Below, one piece after another: positions 48,897 through 58,207 of a stretch of DNA of 64,000 nucleotides. The stretch comes from Pseudomonadota bacterium (lineage in GTDB: Bacteria > Pseudomonadota > Alphaproteobacteria > Sphingomonadales > CAKZYD01), in contig JBCCAR010000018.1 of NCBI GenBank assembly GCA_039814715.1, positions 4,856-68,855 on the forward strand. The letters run 5' to 3'. The notes under the pieces are model-generated. The model worked only from the letters and a program-made list of their open reading frames with translations. It made no database searches and had not been told where the DNA came from. The translations under genes and the position numbers were made by a program. Positions within the stretch are counted from its first letter, which is position 1. Each line of letters opens with the position of its first letter.

Positions 48897-48915
48897 TTCT
48901 AGAGTAGTTCTAGAG
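48897..48915. promoter_or_regulatory. Twin TCTAGA palindromes (TTCTAGAG direct repeat, 11-bp phase) in the luxR/operon divergent spacer
   Basis: The sequence is TTCTAGAGtagTTCTAGAG. The TCTAGA hexamers are at 48898-48903 and 48909-48914, one helical turn apart. The site lies about 210 bp upstream of the Rieske gene and about 255 bp upstream of luxR. Confidence 0.3.
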
Positions 48916-49126
48916 CGCCAACTTGTGGCCTGAATGGGTTGATTTTTCAGTGGCTTTCCAGAGTTGGCTGGGCCTTTTGCCTCGTTCTTTACTGCTGCAG
49001 TGCACAATCATACGAGGCGTCGTTTTTTGCAGGCAGCATGAAAAGCCATCACTTTGATTCGGTTGTCAGGTGTGTGCTGCCTGGTTGATATGGTGGGGTG
49101 AAACGACTGGGAGCGCCGCGCGCTGT

Positions 49127-49471
49127 ATGACGACCCTTTTGAAACTATGCGATTTGGCTGATCTGCCTGACAAGCGCGCTGTGGTGCACGGTGCAGAAGA
49201 GATAGCGGTCGCACTGTGCAGGGTGGGTGACCGCGTTTATGGATTTGAGGCGCGTTGCTCGCATGCTTTGAAGCCATTGGACGGCGCGCGTGCGCGCGGC
49301 GGTAGTTTGATGTGCCCGCATCATGGCGCGCGATTTGATCTTGCCACAGGCAAGCATCTGGCAGCGCCTGCAGTGCGCGGCATAAAGGCTTATGAAATTC
49401 GCATTGAAAACGAAGAGGTGTTTGTTGTGATGTCTGCGAAAGGTCAGCCGTTGGGGGGAGAGGATGCTTGA
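49127..49471 (+). CDS. Rieske [2Fe-2S] ferredoxin-type protein
   Basis: 114 aa with the Rieske ligand motifs CSHA and CPHHG (CxH...CxxH). The start is placed at ATG 49127; the ORF opens at 49070. Confidence 0.82.
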   Translation: MTTLLKLCDLADLPDKRAVVHGAEEIAVALCRVGDRVYGFEARCSHALKPLDGARARGGSLMCPHHGARFDLATGKHLAAPAVRGIKAYEIRIENEEVFVVMSAKGQPLGGEDA

Positions 49472-50228
49472 GGGCAAACGCGCACTTGTGACTGGGGCCG
49501 GCTCTGGCCTGGGTCAAGCCATTGCATCGCACTTTGCAGCGCTTGGTGCGTTCGTGATTGGGAGTGATGTTGACGCGCAAGGCCTCAAAGAAACACAGGA
49601 TTTGGCCGCAGCCGGTCATTTTGAAGGCATTCATCATGACGTGACCCAGCCAGATGATTGGCAGAAGGTGATAGGCGCCGCCTTTGAGAGCGGCTCTTGC
49701 GATATCTTGGTGAATAACGCCGGGGTGGCGGATTTGACATCCTTCAGCAACATGACTTTAGAGCGCTTTCAGCGCAGCTGCGCCGTCAATCTTCTAGGGC
49801 CTTTTGCTGGATCGAAACTATTCATTGAGGCCGCGCGCAAGGCGTTTAGTGAAAAGCCAGCTTATGCGTCGATCATCAACATAACCTCTATCGTCGTCGA
49901 GCGGATGATCCCCGGCGCTTGCGCTTATGGAACCTCTAAAGCTGCGCTGAAAAATCTCACAAAGGCACTGGCAGTGGAGATGGGGCGAAAGGGAGATTTT
50001 ATTCGCGTCAACGCTGTCGCGCCTGGGCCCGTGCGTACGTCGATGACGGAAGGCGCTGCTGATGTTCCTTGGGATGAGCGCGACCATAGTTTTCTTAATT
50101 TGATCCCGCTGCAGCGTTACGGCGAAAAAGAAGACGTTGCAAAAGCCGCAGCGTACCTCGCTTCAGATGCTTCTAAATTTACAACTGGCGCCACCATTCA
50201 CGTGAGCGGCGGGTGGAGCGATCTATGA
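49464..50228 (+). CDS. Short-chain dehydrogenase/reductase (SDR)
   Basis: The cofactor motif TGAGSGLG, NNAG and the catalytic YGTSK are present. 254 aa. It overlaps the upstream gene by 8 nt. Confidence 0.88.
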   Translation: MLEGKRALVTGAGSGLGQAIASHFAALGAFVIGSDVDAQGLKETQDLAAAGHFEGIHHDVTQPDDWQKVIGAAFESGSCDILVNNAGVADLTSFSNMTLERFQRSCAVNLLGPFAGSKLFIEAARKAFSEKPAYASIINITSIVVERMIPGACAYGTSKAALKNLTKALAVEMGRKGDFIRVNAVAPGPVRTSMTEGAADVPWDERDHSFLNLIPLQRYGEKEDVAKAAAYLASDASKFTTGATIHVSGGWSDL

Positions 50229-50998
50229 CCAATGTGCGTAAACTAGAGGGTATGATTGCCTTGGTGACCGGCGCGACATCCGGCATTGGCCGGGAAATTG
50301 CGTGTCTCTTTGCCCGTCACGGCGCGACGATCATTGCCACCGGGCGCAATCGCGAGCAGGGTCAAAAAACTTGCGACATGATTGCTGCGGAGGGCGGCCA
50401 AGCGGTCTTCTTCCGTCAGGATATTACGAGCGAAAACGACTGGCAGGACCTGTTTGAGTTTATTGAAGAAAAAACGGGGGTGCTAGACATCGCTGTCTAT
50501 AATGCTGGCGCGTTTTTCTCGCGATCGCTGCCCGATACGTCAATTGAGGATTTTAACTGGCTGTGGTCTGTGAATGTCGATGCAACATTTCTCGGCATCA
50601 AGCACGCCTTGGCGCATATGCGAAGGCACAAAAGCGCCGGCAGCATCATGACCATGTCGTCGCTTGCGGGATTGATTGGACTGGATGATTGCACGGCCTA
50701 TTGCGCTTCAAAAGCAGCGGTGACCCAGCTTGCAAAAGCTGCCGCGGCAGAAGGCGCGCGCTATGATCCGCCCATCCGCGTGAACTCAATCAATCCAGGC
50801 GTTATCTGGACGGAAATGATTACCGGCGAATACGGCGAATCTGATGAAGTGCGCGCATTTGCGATGGATGGCAATGCGCTGCAAACGGTTGGGGAAGCAA
50901 TCGATATTGCAGAAGCTGCGCTCCATTTAGCCAGCAGCGACAGCAGCTATACAACAGGGACTGCCTTCGTGGTCGATGGCGGCCGCGGTGTGGATTGA
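50225..50998 (+). CDS. Short-chain dehydrogenase/reductase (SDR)
   Basis: TGATSGIG, NAG and the catalytic YCASK are present. The ATG 50225 overlaps the upstream stop; the ORF opens at 50213. Confidence 0.88.
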   Translation: MTNVRKLEGMIALVTGATSGIGREIACLFARHGATIIATGRNREQGQKTCDMIAAEGGQAVFFRQDITSENDWQDLFEFIEEKTGVLDIAVYNAGAFFSRSLPDTSIEDFNWLWSVNVDATFLGIKHALAHMRRHKSAGSIMTMSSLAGLIGLDDCTAYCASKAAVTQLAKAAAAEGARYDPPIRVNSINPGVIWTEMITGEYGESDEVRAFAMDGNALQTVGEAIDIAEAALHLASSDSSYTTGTAFVVDGGRGVD

Positions 50999-51010
50999 GG
51001 ACATAAGACC

Positions 51011-52036
51011 ATGAGCAATAAACGTGTTTTGCTAAAGCAGCGGCCCAGCGGCCAGCCTGCCCAAGCTGATTTCGAGTGGGTGGAGCAACCCCTGCCAGAG
51101 CCTGGCGATGGCCAGCTGCTGATCCGCAACATCTATTGCTCGCTTGACCCCGCCATACGTGGCTGGATGGATGATGCGGAAAGCTATTTCCCGCCCATTG
51201 GCATAGGCGAGCCTATCCGTTGCACGACGATCGCGCAGGTGGCTAAGTCCAACCACTCTGACTTTTCTGAAGGCGATTATGTTGTCGCGCTAACAGGCGT
51301 TGAAGAATATTCCGTTGCCGATGCAGGTGGCTTCACGAACAGAGTTGATCCTTCCATCGTGCCAGCGCTGACAAACTATCTCTCTGTGCTTGGCGCAGTT
51401 GGTCTGACGGCTTATTTTGGATTGCTAGACGTAGGGCAACCGAAGCCAGGGGAGACAGTTCTGGTCTCTGGCGCTGCTGGCGCGGTCGGCTCCCTTGTTG
51501 GGCAGATTGCAAAACTTCGGGGTTGCCGCGCTGTTGGCATTGCCGGGGGGCAGGCGAAGTGCGAGCGGCTTGTGCAAGACTACGGCTTTGACGCAGCCGT
51601 AGATTATCGCGGAAAAGACCTCGCGGCTCTAACGGCCGATATCGCTGCAGCCTGCCCAGGCGGCGTGGACGTTTATTTCGATAATGTAGGCGGCGGTATC
51701 CTGGATGCGGCGCTGGCCAATATCAACGACAATGCCCGCATCCCCATGTGCGGCATGATTAGCCAATATAATGCGACCGAGCCGGTCCCAGGGCCGACGA
51801 ACCTCTGGCAGCTCATAGCGAAAACAGCGGACATGAAGGGCTTCCTCATTCGAGATTTTGTGCCGCAATTTCCGCAAGGGATTGAGCAAATGGCTGCCTG
51901 GATCTCAGAGGATAAGCTGGTGTTTAAAGAGCATGTCGATCAGGGCATCGAGAACTTTCTGGTGTCCTTCAATAAGCTTTTCTCAGGCGATCACAATGGC
52001 AAGCTAGTGCTGCAGATCGCGCCAGAAACCCTGTGA
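51011..52036 (+). CDS. NADP-dependent medium-chain oxidoreductase (zinc-independent MDR, alkenal/enone reductase-like)
   Basis: The cofactor motif VLVSGAAGAVGSLVGQIAKLRG and the C-terminus GKLVLQI resemble the PTGR/CurA/YncB subgroup. 341 aa. Confidence 0.8.
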   Translation: MSNKRVLLKQRPSGQPAQADFEWVEQPLPEPGDGQLLIRNIYCSLDPAIRGWMDDAESYFPPIGIGEPIRCTTIAQVAKSNHSDFSEGDYVVALTGVEEYSVADAGGFTNRVDPSIVPALTNYLSVLGAVGLTAYFGLLDVGQPKPGETVLVSGAAGAVGSLVGQIAKLRGCRAVGIAGGQAKCERLVQDYGFDAAVDYRGKDLAALTADIAAACPGGVDVYFDNVGGGILDAALANINDNARIPMCGMISQYNATEPVPGPTNLWQLIAKTADMKGFLIRDFVPQFPQGIEQMAAWISEDKLVFKEHVDQGIENFLVSFNKLFSGDHNGKLVLQIAPETL

Positions 52037-52842
52037 TGCCCATCAAAACTCTTTTGGTGACCAAGGGTCATCCATTTGAGAAAGGACCATTTTTTAAGTG
52101 GATTGATGGCGTGGAGGGCCTCGATGTGACGCATATTGAGCACCCGGCCGCTGAGAGCTTTATTGGTGCAGGCCTGGGCGCGCCTTATGATCTCTGGCTG
52201 ATGTACGATATGCCAGGATATGACTTTAAATCCACCGGCGGTGTTGATTTTATAGACCCAAATCAAGGCTTTAAATACGCTATTTCACATCGCCTGCAAG
52301 CGCAGAAGAAACCCATTTTGTTTCTGCATCATGCGCTTGCGGGATGGCCGACATGGCCAACCTACGGCGAGATTGTTGGTGGGCGTTTCTTGTACCGCGC
52401 AGGCGATGTACGCGGCGCTCGCAAGCTCGATAGCGGCTACCGCCATGACGTCACCTACCAAGTCACGCTCGCGGAGCATGCGGTTTGTGACGGGGTTTCA
52501 CCCTTTAAAGTTCAAGACGAACTCTATCTTGCTGAAGTGTTCGAAGAGGACGTCTTGCCTATTGCCTGGTCGGACTATGACTTTACAGGGGAGAATTTTT
52601 ATTCAGCCTCTCGCGCGGTCGATGGAGAAATGTTCTCAAATGATGGCTGGGATCATCCTCCAGGCAGCAATGTCGTTGCTTGGCTAAACGCCTATGAGCA
52701 AGCACCGATCGGCTATTTACAAATGGGCGATGGGCCCACTGCTTATGCCAATCGCGGTGTGACACGGTTGCTTTCAAATATGGTACACTGGCTGGTAAGC
52801 CAAGACGCAGCCCATTGGGCGAAGGAGTGGCAAAGTGCCTGA
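52033..52842 (+). CDS. ThuA-domain protein (class I glutamine-amidotransferase-like fold)
   Basis: TLLVTKGHPFE and PILFLHHALAGWPTWPTYGEIVGGRF match the ThuA pattern as I remember it. The start overlaps the upstream stop. Confidence 0.55.
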   Translation: MMPIKTLLVTKGHPFEKGPFFKWIDGVEGLDVTHIEHPAAESFIGAGLGAPYDLWLMYDMPGYDFKSTGGVDFIDPNQGFKYAISHRLQAQKKPILFLHHALAGWPTWPTYGEIVGGRFLYRAGDVRGARKLDSGYRHDVTYQVTLAEHAVCDGVSPFKVQDELYLAEVFEEDVLPIAWSDYDFTGENFYSASRAVDGEMFSNDGWDHPPGSNVVAWLNAYEQAPIGYLQMGDGPTAYANRGVTRLLSNMVHWLVSQDAAHWAKEWQSA

Positions 52843-53581
52843 AACCACGCGGGATTTAACCGGCAAAGTCGCTATTGTTACTGGCGCTGCTAGCGGGATT
52901 GGCCGAGCAGCTGCGATACAATTCGCCAAAGACGGCGCGCAAGTGCTCGCAGTCGACATCAATGACTGTGACCTCGGTGCTGCAGCGAATATGCGCGCGC
53001 TCAAGCAAGATGTTAGCTTTGAAGGTGCCGACGATGCGATTCAAGACGCAGCGCTGGAGGCCTTCGGGCGGATCGACATTTTGGTAAACAATGCGGGCGT
53101 GTGTTTGACCGCGCCCTTCGAGACCCATAGCGAGGATGTTTGGCGCAAAACCATGGCGATCAATGTGGATGCTTGCTTTGCGTTGAGCCGCGCTTGTTTG
53201 CCTGCGCTCAAAGCCGCTGGGGCAGGGCGTATCATCAATATTGGCTCCATCATGTCAGATTACGGCGCGGCGGATATGGCGGCCTATGCCACATCAAAAC
53301 ATGCTGTTGCGGGTTTGACGAAGTCTATGGCCAATGAGCTGGGGCAATTTGGCATTACGGTGAACTACATTCAGCCAGGCGCAATCCGTACAGGCATTAC
53401 CGTTCCCACATTTGAAAATGTAGCTGGGTTTGAGGACTATTGGATTGAGCGCGCGCCCGTTGGCCGCATTGGTGAGCCAGAAGACGTCACACCGCTCATC
53501 AGCTTTCTTGCGAGCGAAGAATCGCGCTTCATTACTGGCCAAGGCATCTTGGTTGATGGCGGTGCCACCAGCCACCCCTAG
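52835..53581 (+). CDS. Short-chain dehydrogenase/reductase (SDR, FabG-like)
   Basis: TGAASGIG, NNAG and the catalytic YATSK are present. GTG start overlapping the upstream gene by 8 nt. Confidence 0.88.
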   Translation: MPETTRDLTGKVAIVTGAASGIGRAAAIQFAKDGAQVLAVDINDCDLGAAANMRALKQDVSFEGADDAIQDAALEAFGRIDILVNNAGVCLTAPFETHSEDVWRKTMAINVDACFALSRACLPALKAAGAGRIINIGSIMSDYGAADMAAYATSKHAVAGLTKSMANELGQFGITVNYIQPGAIRTGITVPTFENVAGFEDYWIERAPVGRIGEPEDVTPLISFLASEESRFITGQGILVDGGATSHP

Positions 53582-53596
53582 AAACAGGAGAGCAAT

Positions 53597-53968
53597 ATGA
53601 CGCCCATTGAAACAGTTGAAATGTTCATTGATGCCTGGAACCGGATGGCCTGGGGCCGTGTGACGGAAATGGTGTCGGCCGATTGTGTGTATCACAACAT
53701 CCCGATGCAGCCCGTTACTGGTCCAGAGGGCGTACGCTCTGTGATTGAAAGTCTGGGCGACATTAAAGGCGTGGACTGGGAAATCTTAAACATAGCGGAA
53801 AACGGCAATGTGGTGCTCACCGAACGTATTGACCGGTTTGCCATGGGCAGCGGCGCACATATTGAAATTCCAGTCATGGGAACCTTTGAAGTGGAAGAGG
53901 GCGAGATCACCGCTTGGCGTGACTATTTTGATCTTGGCCAACTGACGGCGCAGATGCAGGCTGGCTAA
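53597..53968 (+). CDS. Limonene-1,2-epoxide hydrolase family protein (NTF2/SnoaL-like fold)
   Basis: 123 aa. VYHNIPMQPVTG, VLTERIDRF and GEITAWRDYFD follow the LEH family pattern. Confidence 0.72.
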   Translation: MTPIETVEMFIDAWNRMAWGRVTEMVSADCVYHNIPMQPVTGPEGVRSVIESLGDIKGVDWEILNIAENGNVVLTERIDRFAMGSGAHIEIPVMGTFEVEEGEITAWRDYFDLGQLTAQMQAG

Positions 53969-54047
53969 GCCCCTTAGTTTGAGCAGTCTCTTTGCTGCAC
54001 GCAAATGCGTAGTTTGGTAGCAGTGACGAAATCGCCTGGAGGGCGCC

Positions 54048-55289
54048 ATGACCAAACCGCTGTCAGAGTATAATTTCTTCGATCCTGCTTTGATTGAAGA
54101 CCCGTTTGAATTTTATCAGGCTGCAATGGCGCAGGCCCCGATATATCAGATCCCAGGCACCAATTTTTTCTTGGTGACGAAATACGATATCGTCGCCAAA
54201 GCCCTGAAACGTCATGATGTGTTTTCAAACAACTTCGGCGCGATGCTGGCAGGGAGTAACGCGGAAGATCCAGACGTGAAGGCGATTTTGGATGAAGGCT
54301 GGCCCCAGGCGGACACGCTGCTTACCAATGATCCGCCAAGCCACACGCGCTTTCGCAAGCTCGTCAATCTTGCTTTCAGCCAAAAGCGCGTCAACCAAAT
54401 GGAGGAGTATATTCGCTCCATCGCTAATGAGCTAATCGACCAATTCATTGACGACGGCGAATGCGATTTTATGCAGGCGCTGGCCATCCCCCAGCCTGTC
54501 GCGGTCATCGCCGAACAATTGGGGGCCGACCGCTCTGAAGCGGCAACGTTTAAACGTTGGACAGATGCTTTCGCAGACCGGATTGCTGGCAATTACGGAA
54601 AAGAGCGCGAAATCGAATGCGCCAAAGACGTCGTGGAATTTCAAAAATACATGTTTGAAAAACTGCAAGAGCGTAAAAACAAGCCGCAAGATGATCTCCT
54701 GACTGACCTTGTCCAGGCCCGCATAGATGGAGAGCAGCCACTCACGGACGCTGAGCTTCTCTCCATTGTGCAGCAGCTTATGGTCGCTGGCAATGAAACG
54801 ACAACGAACACCATGGCTGGCGGCTTGCTGCAGTTAATCCAAAACCCCGAGCAAATGGCCAAAGTGCGCGCAGAGCGCAAGCTCATTCCAAACATGGTGG
54901 AAGAAGTGCTGCGGCTTGAATCAGCTACGTCTGGCATGTGGCGTGTTGTGAAAGAAGATACTGAGCTGGAAGGGGTCAGTGTCCCGGCTGGTTCCATGCT
55001 GCACTTGCGCTATGCGGCGGCGAACCGTGATCCTGATAAGTTTGAAAATCCAAATGATTTTAAAGTTGATCGGAAAAATGCCAACAAGCAGATGGCTTTT
55101 GGTCAAGGCATTCATGTGTGCGTCGGGCAGATGCTTTCACGCAAAGAGCTGTGCATTGCCTATGACATCATCTTCGATCGCTTGAATAATATTCAGCTCG
55201 CCGAAGGGAAAAACGATCTCAAGCACATGCCCAATGTGATGCTTCGCGGCCTGAAAGAACTGCACATCACCTTTGACAAGGCTGCGTAA
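54048..55289 (+). CDS. Cytochrome P450 monooxygenase
   Basis: The heme-thiolate loop FGQGIHVCVGQMLSR, the I-helix VAGNETTTN and the K-helix EEVLRLES (ExxR) are present. 413 aa. Confidence 0.93.
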   Translation: MTKPLSEYNFFDPALIEDPFEFYQAAMAQAPIYQIPGTNFFLVTKYDIVAKALKRHDVFSNNFGAMLAGSNAEDPDVKAILDEGWPQADTLLTNDPPSHTRFRKLVNLAFSQKRVNQMEEYIRSIANELIDQFIDDGECDFMQALAIPQPVAVIAEQLGADRSEAATFKRWTDAFADRIAGNYGKEREIECAKDVVEFQKYMFEKLQERKNKPQDDLLTDLVQARIDGEQPLTDAELLSIVQQLMVAGNETTTNTMAGGLLQLIQNPEQMAKVRAERKLIPNMVEEVLRLESATSGMWRVVKEDTELEGVSVPAGSMLHLRYAAANRDPDKFENPNDFKVDRKNANKQMAFGQGIHVCVGQMLSRKELCIAYDIIFDRLNNIQLAEGKNDLKHMPNVMLRGLKELHITFDKAA

Positions 55290-55331
55290 TCGCTCCATCC
55301 TGGCCCCATAACATCACAAAAGGGGGCTACT

Positions 55332-55826
55332 ATGGGTTTGTTTGATTTCGTTCGCGACGCTGGGGAAAATTTGCTGAAGAAGGTTGGTGTCGGGGATGAC
55401 CCGGACACCGGTGATGTAATCGCCAAAATCCAAGAGCATGGCTTAGTGGTCAAAGGCCTGTCGGTGCGCGTTGCCGGTGATGTGGCGATGGTTGGCGGCG
55501 AGGTCGCTGATCAAGAAACGCGCGAGAAGGTCATTCTCGTGGTCGGCAATGTCAAAGGCATTGCCGCGGTCGATGATCAATTGTCGATTGTGCTTCCCGA
55601 GCTACCAGAGGTGCCCGCCCCAGAGACAGCGCCAGCGCCTGAGCCTGAGGCCGCTGTCTTCTACACAGTTGTGCGCGGGGATACGCTTGGTAAAATTGCC
55701 AAGGCGCATTATGGCAATGCCATGAAGTATCCGGTGATTTTTGAAGCGAATAAGCCGATGCTCACGGACCCAGACCGCATTTATCCTGGTCAGGTCCTGC
55801 GCATTCCGCCGCTGGCCGTTAGCTAA
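55332..55826 (+). CDS. BON plus LysM domain protein (YgaU/LysM peptidoglycan-binding type)
   Basis: A BON-like region (VAGDVAMVGGEVADQETREKVILVVGNVKGIAAVDDQL), a Pro/Glu linker and a C-terminal LysM (YTVVRGDTLGKIAKAHYG...IYPGQVLRIP). Confidence 0.82.
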   Translation: MGLFDFVRDAGENLLKKVGVGDDPDTGDVIAKIQEHGLVVKGLSVRVAGDVAMVGGEVADQETREKVILVVGNVKGIAAVDDQLSIVLPELPEVPAPETAPAPEPEAAVFYTVVRGDTLGKIAKAHYGNAMKYPVIFEANKPMLTDPDRIYPGQVLRIPPLAVS

Positions 55827-58085
55827 CTAGCGCCGCCGTCGGCCAAGCCGCACATTTTTTGGCCGTCCTTGCTGCGGCCTTGAATTAGGGCGTTTGCGTT
55901 TTGAAGGTCCGTCTAAAAAGCGGTGTTTGGGCTTTGTTAAAATACTCACACGCACCCCGCCGGAGACGGGGGCGGCTTCTTCAATGCGCGCACGCACCTC
56001 ATCGCCCAGCCTGTAGGCCCAGCCTGACCGCTCGCCCACCAGTGCTTGGCGCGTTTCATCATAGACCATGTATTCGTCCGATAGGCGCGCGGCAGGCGCG
56101 AAGGCATCTGCGCCCATATCGCCAACGCGCAGGAATAGCCCAGCTTTGGCAATCCCCGTGATGCGGGCCTCAAAATGCTCACCTTGATGATCAGCAAAAT
56201 AGGCTGCGAGATAGCGGTCCATGGAATCGCGCTCAGCGGCCATCGCGCGCCGTTCAGTGACGGAGATATGGTCGGCCGTGTCGTCCAGCTTTTGCAGTTC
56301 CCACTCCTCTAGCCCGCCTTCGCCCAGCTTGTAAGCGGCGATCAAGGCCCGGTGGACGACGAGGTCCGCATAGCGGCGGATGGGGGAGGTGAAATGCGCG
56401 TAGCGGCCAAGGGCCAAGCCAAAATGGCCCATATTTTCAGGCGTATAGCGCGCTTGCATCTGCGTGCGCAGCACCATATCCGACACGCCAATCATATCCT
56501 CGCGCTCTTTTGACATTTCAAGCACGCGGTTAAAGACCTGGGGCCGCACGACTTGGCCGCGTGCCAGCTTATAGTCAAAGCCATCAAGGAAGCTGCGCAG
56601 CGTCTCCATCTTATCCATGGAAGGCTCTTCATGGACGCGGTAAATCAGCGGCTGGGCTTTTTTCTCTAGCGCTTCCGCCGCTGCAACATTCGCGGCAATC
56701 ATCATGTCTTCCACGACGCGGTGGGCTGTCAGCCTGTCTCTCAAACGCACATCAGAAACCTTGCCATCTGGCCCGAGCAGGATTTTCTTTTCCGGCAAGT
56801 CCAGCGCAAGCGGGCCGCGCTTGTCGCGGGCAGAGGCAATGGCGTTATAGCATTCCAGCAGTGGCCGTAAAACACTATGGATCAAGGGTTTGGTTGCATC
56901 ATCTAAGTCGCCATCAAAGGCTGCTTGGGCTTGCTCATAGCTAATATTGGCTGCGACTTTGATGAGTGCGCGGCTAAAGCGATGGCTCTTCAGCCGCCCA
57001 AGGGCATCAAAATACAAATGCACCGCAAGGCTCGCCCGGTCTTCGCCTTCTTTCAGGCTGCACAGGCCGTTTGATAGCGCTTCGGGCAGCATCGGCACCA
57101 CGCGGTCAGGGAAGTAGCAGCTGTTGCCGCGCTTGCGTGCCTCCTTATCCAGCGCAGATCCGGGACGCACAAACTCAGCGACATCCGCAATGGCCACGAT
57201 CGCATGAAATCCGCCTTCGATATTAGGGTGCGGCGCGGCCCAAATGGCATCATCATGATCACGCGCATCGGCGGGGTCGATGGTGATCAGCGGTACATCA
57301 CGCAGGTCTTCGCGCGCGCCCAGCGGCGGCATCACGGCTGTTTCAGCTAGCTGCACAACCTCGCTGGGGAAGTCGTTGGGGATATCATGCTGGTGGATGG
57401 CAATGAGGCTCACATTGCGCGGGCCCAGTACATCGCCGAGCCGCTCTAAGACCTTTCCTACCTTTGCGCCGCGCTGGCTTGAGCGCAGCACTTCCGCGCG
57501 GACCAATTCCCCATCTTCCGCGCCTTTGTCGTCGCCGGAGGCTACCAGCAGAAAATCGCTTCGACCTTTCTCTACTGACTCAATGAAGCCGCCTTCGCCG
57601 TCATGGCGATAGACGCCCACCATCGCCCGCGGCGGGGCGTCCAGCTTTTTAATGATCTGGCCGCGATAGCCTTTGTCGCCCGCTGGGCGCAGCCGGGCCA
57701 GGACCTTATCGCCTGCCGCAAGCGAAGAAGGGCGCTGGCGCGATTGGCGTCCCCCTTTTTTAAAGTCCTCCAGCCGCACACGCGGCCCATCGCCATCGCC
57801 CTTCCAGGCTTCCGCAAAGCCAAAGGCGCTGCCGCTCTCGCTGATGCCCGTCACATAAACAATAGAGACATTGGGCATTTGCCCGGCCAGTTCATAGCCC
57901 TTGCCTGGCCCGCGCGCGATCATGCCCCGCGCCACCATCTCACGCAGCAGCGTCTTCAAAGCGACACGGTCTTCACCCTTAATGCCAAAGGCATTGGCCA
58001 GGTCACGGCGAGTCACCTTGCTGTCAGCATTTTCTATATAAGAAACAATGTCTTCCGCGAGCGGGAAGGGCGTATCTGTCGTCAT
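55827..58085 (-). CDS. rnr: Ribonuclease R
   Basis: 752 aa. The RNB domain carries ITIDPADARDHDDAIW and HFGLALGRYAHFTSPIRRYADLVVHR. A C-terminal S1 domain and a basic tail follow. Confidence 0.94.
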   Translation of the reverse strand: MTTDTPFPLAEDIVSYIENADSKVTRRDLANAFGIKGEDRVALKTLLREMVARGMIARGPGKGYELAGQMPNVSIVYVTGISESGSAFGFAEAWKGDGDGPRVRLEDFKKGGRQSRQRPSSLAAGDKVLARLRPAGDKGYRGQIIKKLDAPPRAMVGVYRHDGEGGFIESVEKGRSDFLLVASGDDKGAEDGELVRAEVLRSSQRGAKVGKVLERLGDVLGPRNVSLIAIHQHDIPNDFPSEVVQLAETAVMPPLGAREDLRDVPLITIDPADARDHDDAIWAAPHPNIEGGFHAIVAIADVAEFVRPGSALDKEARKRGNSCYFPDRVVPMLPEALSNGLCSLKEGEDRASLAVHLYFDALGRLKSHRFSRALIKVAANISYEQAQAAFDGDLDDATKPLIHSVLRPLLECYNAIASARDKRGPLALDLPEKKILLGPDGKVSDVRLRDRLTAHRVVEDMMIAANVAAAEALEKKAQPLIYRVHEEPSMDKMETLRSFLDGFDYKLARGQVVRPQVFNRVLEMSKEREDMIGVSDMVLRTQMQARYTPENMGHFGLALGRYAHFTSPIRRYADLVVHRALIAAYKLGEGGLEEWELQKLDDTADHISVTERRAMAAERDSMDRYLAAYFADHQGEHFEARITGIAKAGLFLRVGDMGADAFAPAARLSDEYMVYDETRQALVGERSGWAYRLGDEVRARIEEAAPVSGGVRVSILTKPKHRFLDGPSKRKRPNSRPQQGRPKNVRLGRRRR

Positions 58086-58207
58086 GGCGAGACGTTAGCG
58101 CGTTTAGATGGCCCTTGTCGAAAAGGATTTGTTCGCATGGTATAAAAAATAGAACGTACCACGCTGCATAGTGCACGTGTGAGCCGCTCACTCACAGCAG
58201 CGCATGC

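Noticed and set aside
49030-49088. A 9-bp inverted repeat, CAGGCAGCA...TGCTGCCTG, enclosing a possible 16-codon mini-ORF (ATG 49038, MKSHHFDSVVRCVLPG*) just upstream of the Rieske gene. I considered it as a leader peptide or attenuator.
   Set aside because: It has no convincing ribosome-binding site, no terminator-like U-run and no recognisable riboswitch class. It could easily be chance in a 485-bp spacer.
49008-49637. A 209-aa minus-strand ORF spanning the spacer, the Rieske gene and the start of the first SDR.
   Set aside because: It overlaps two plus-strand genes with clear catalytic motifs. Its product is Arg/His/Cys-rich nonsense-like sequence with no recognisable domain.
58172-58190. 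The palindrome GTGAGCcGCTCAC in the rnr upstream region, as an operator.
   Set aside because: It is a single short palindrome with no known cognate motif and no second copy. It is noted only.
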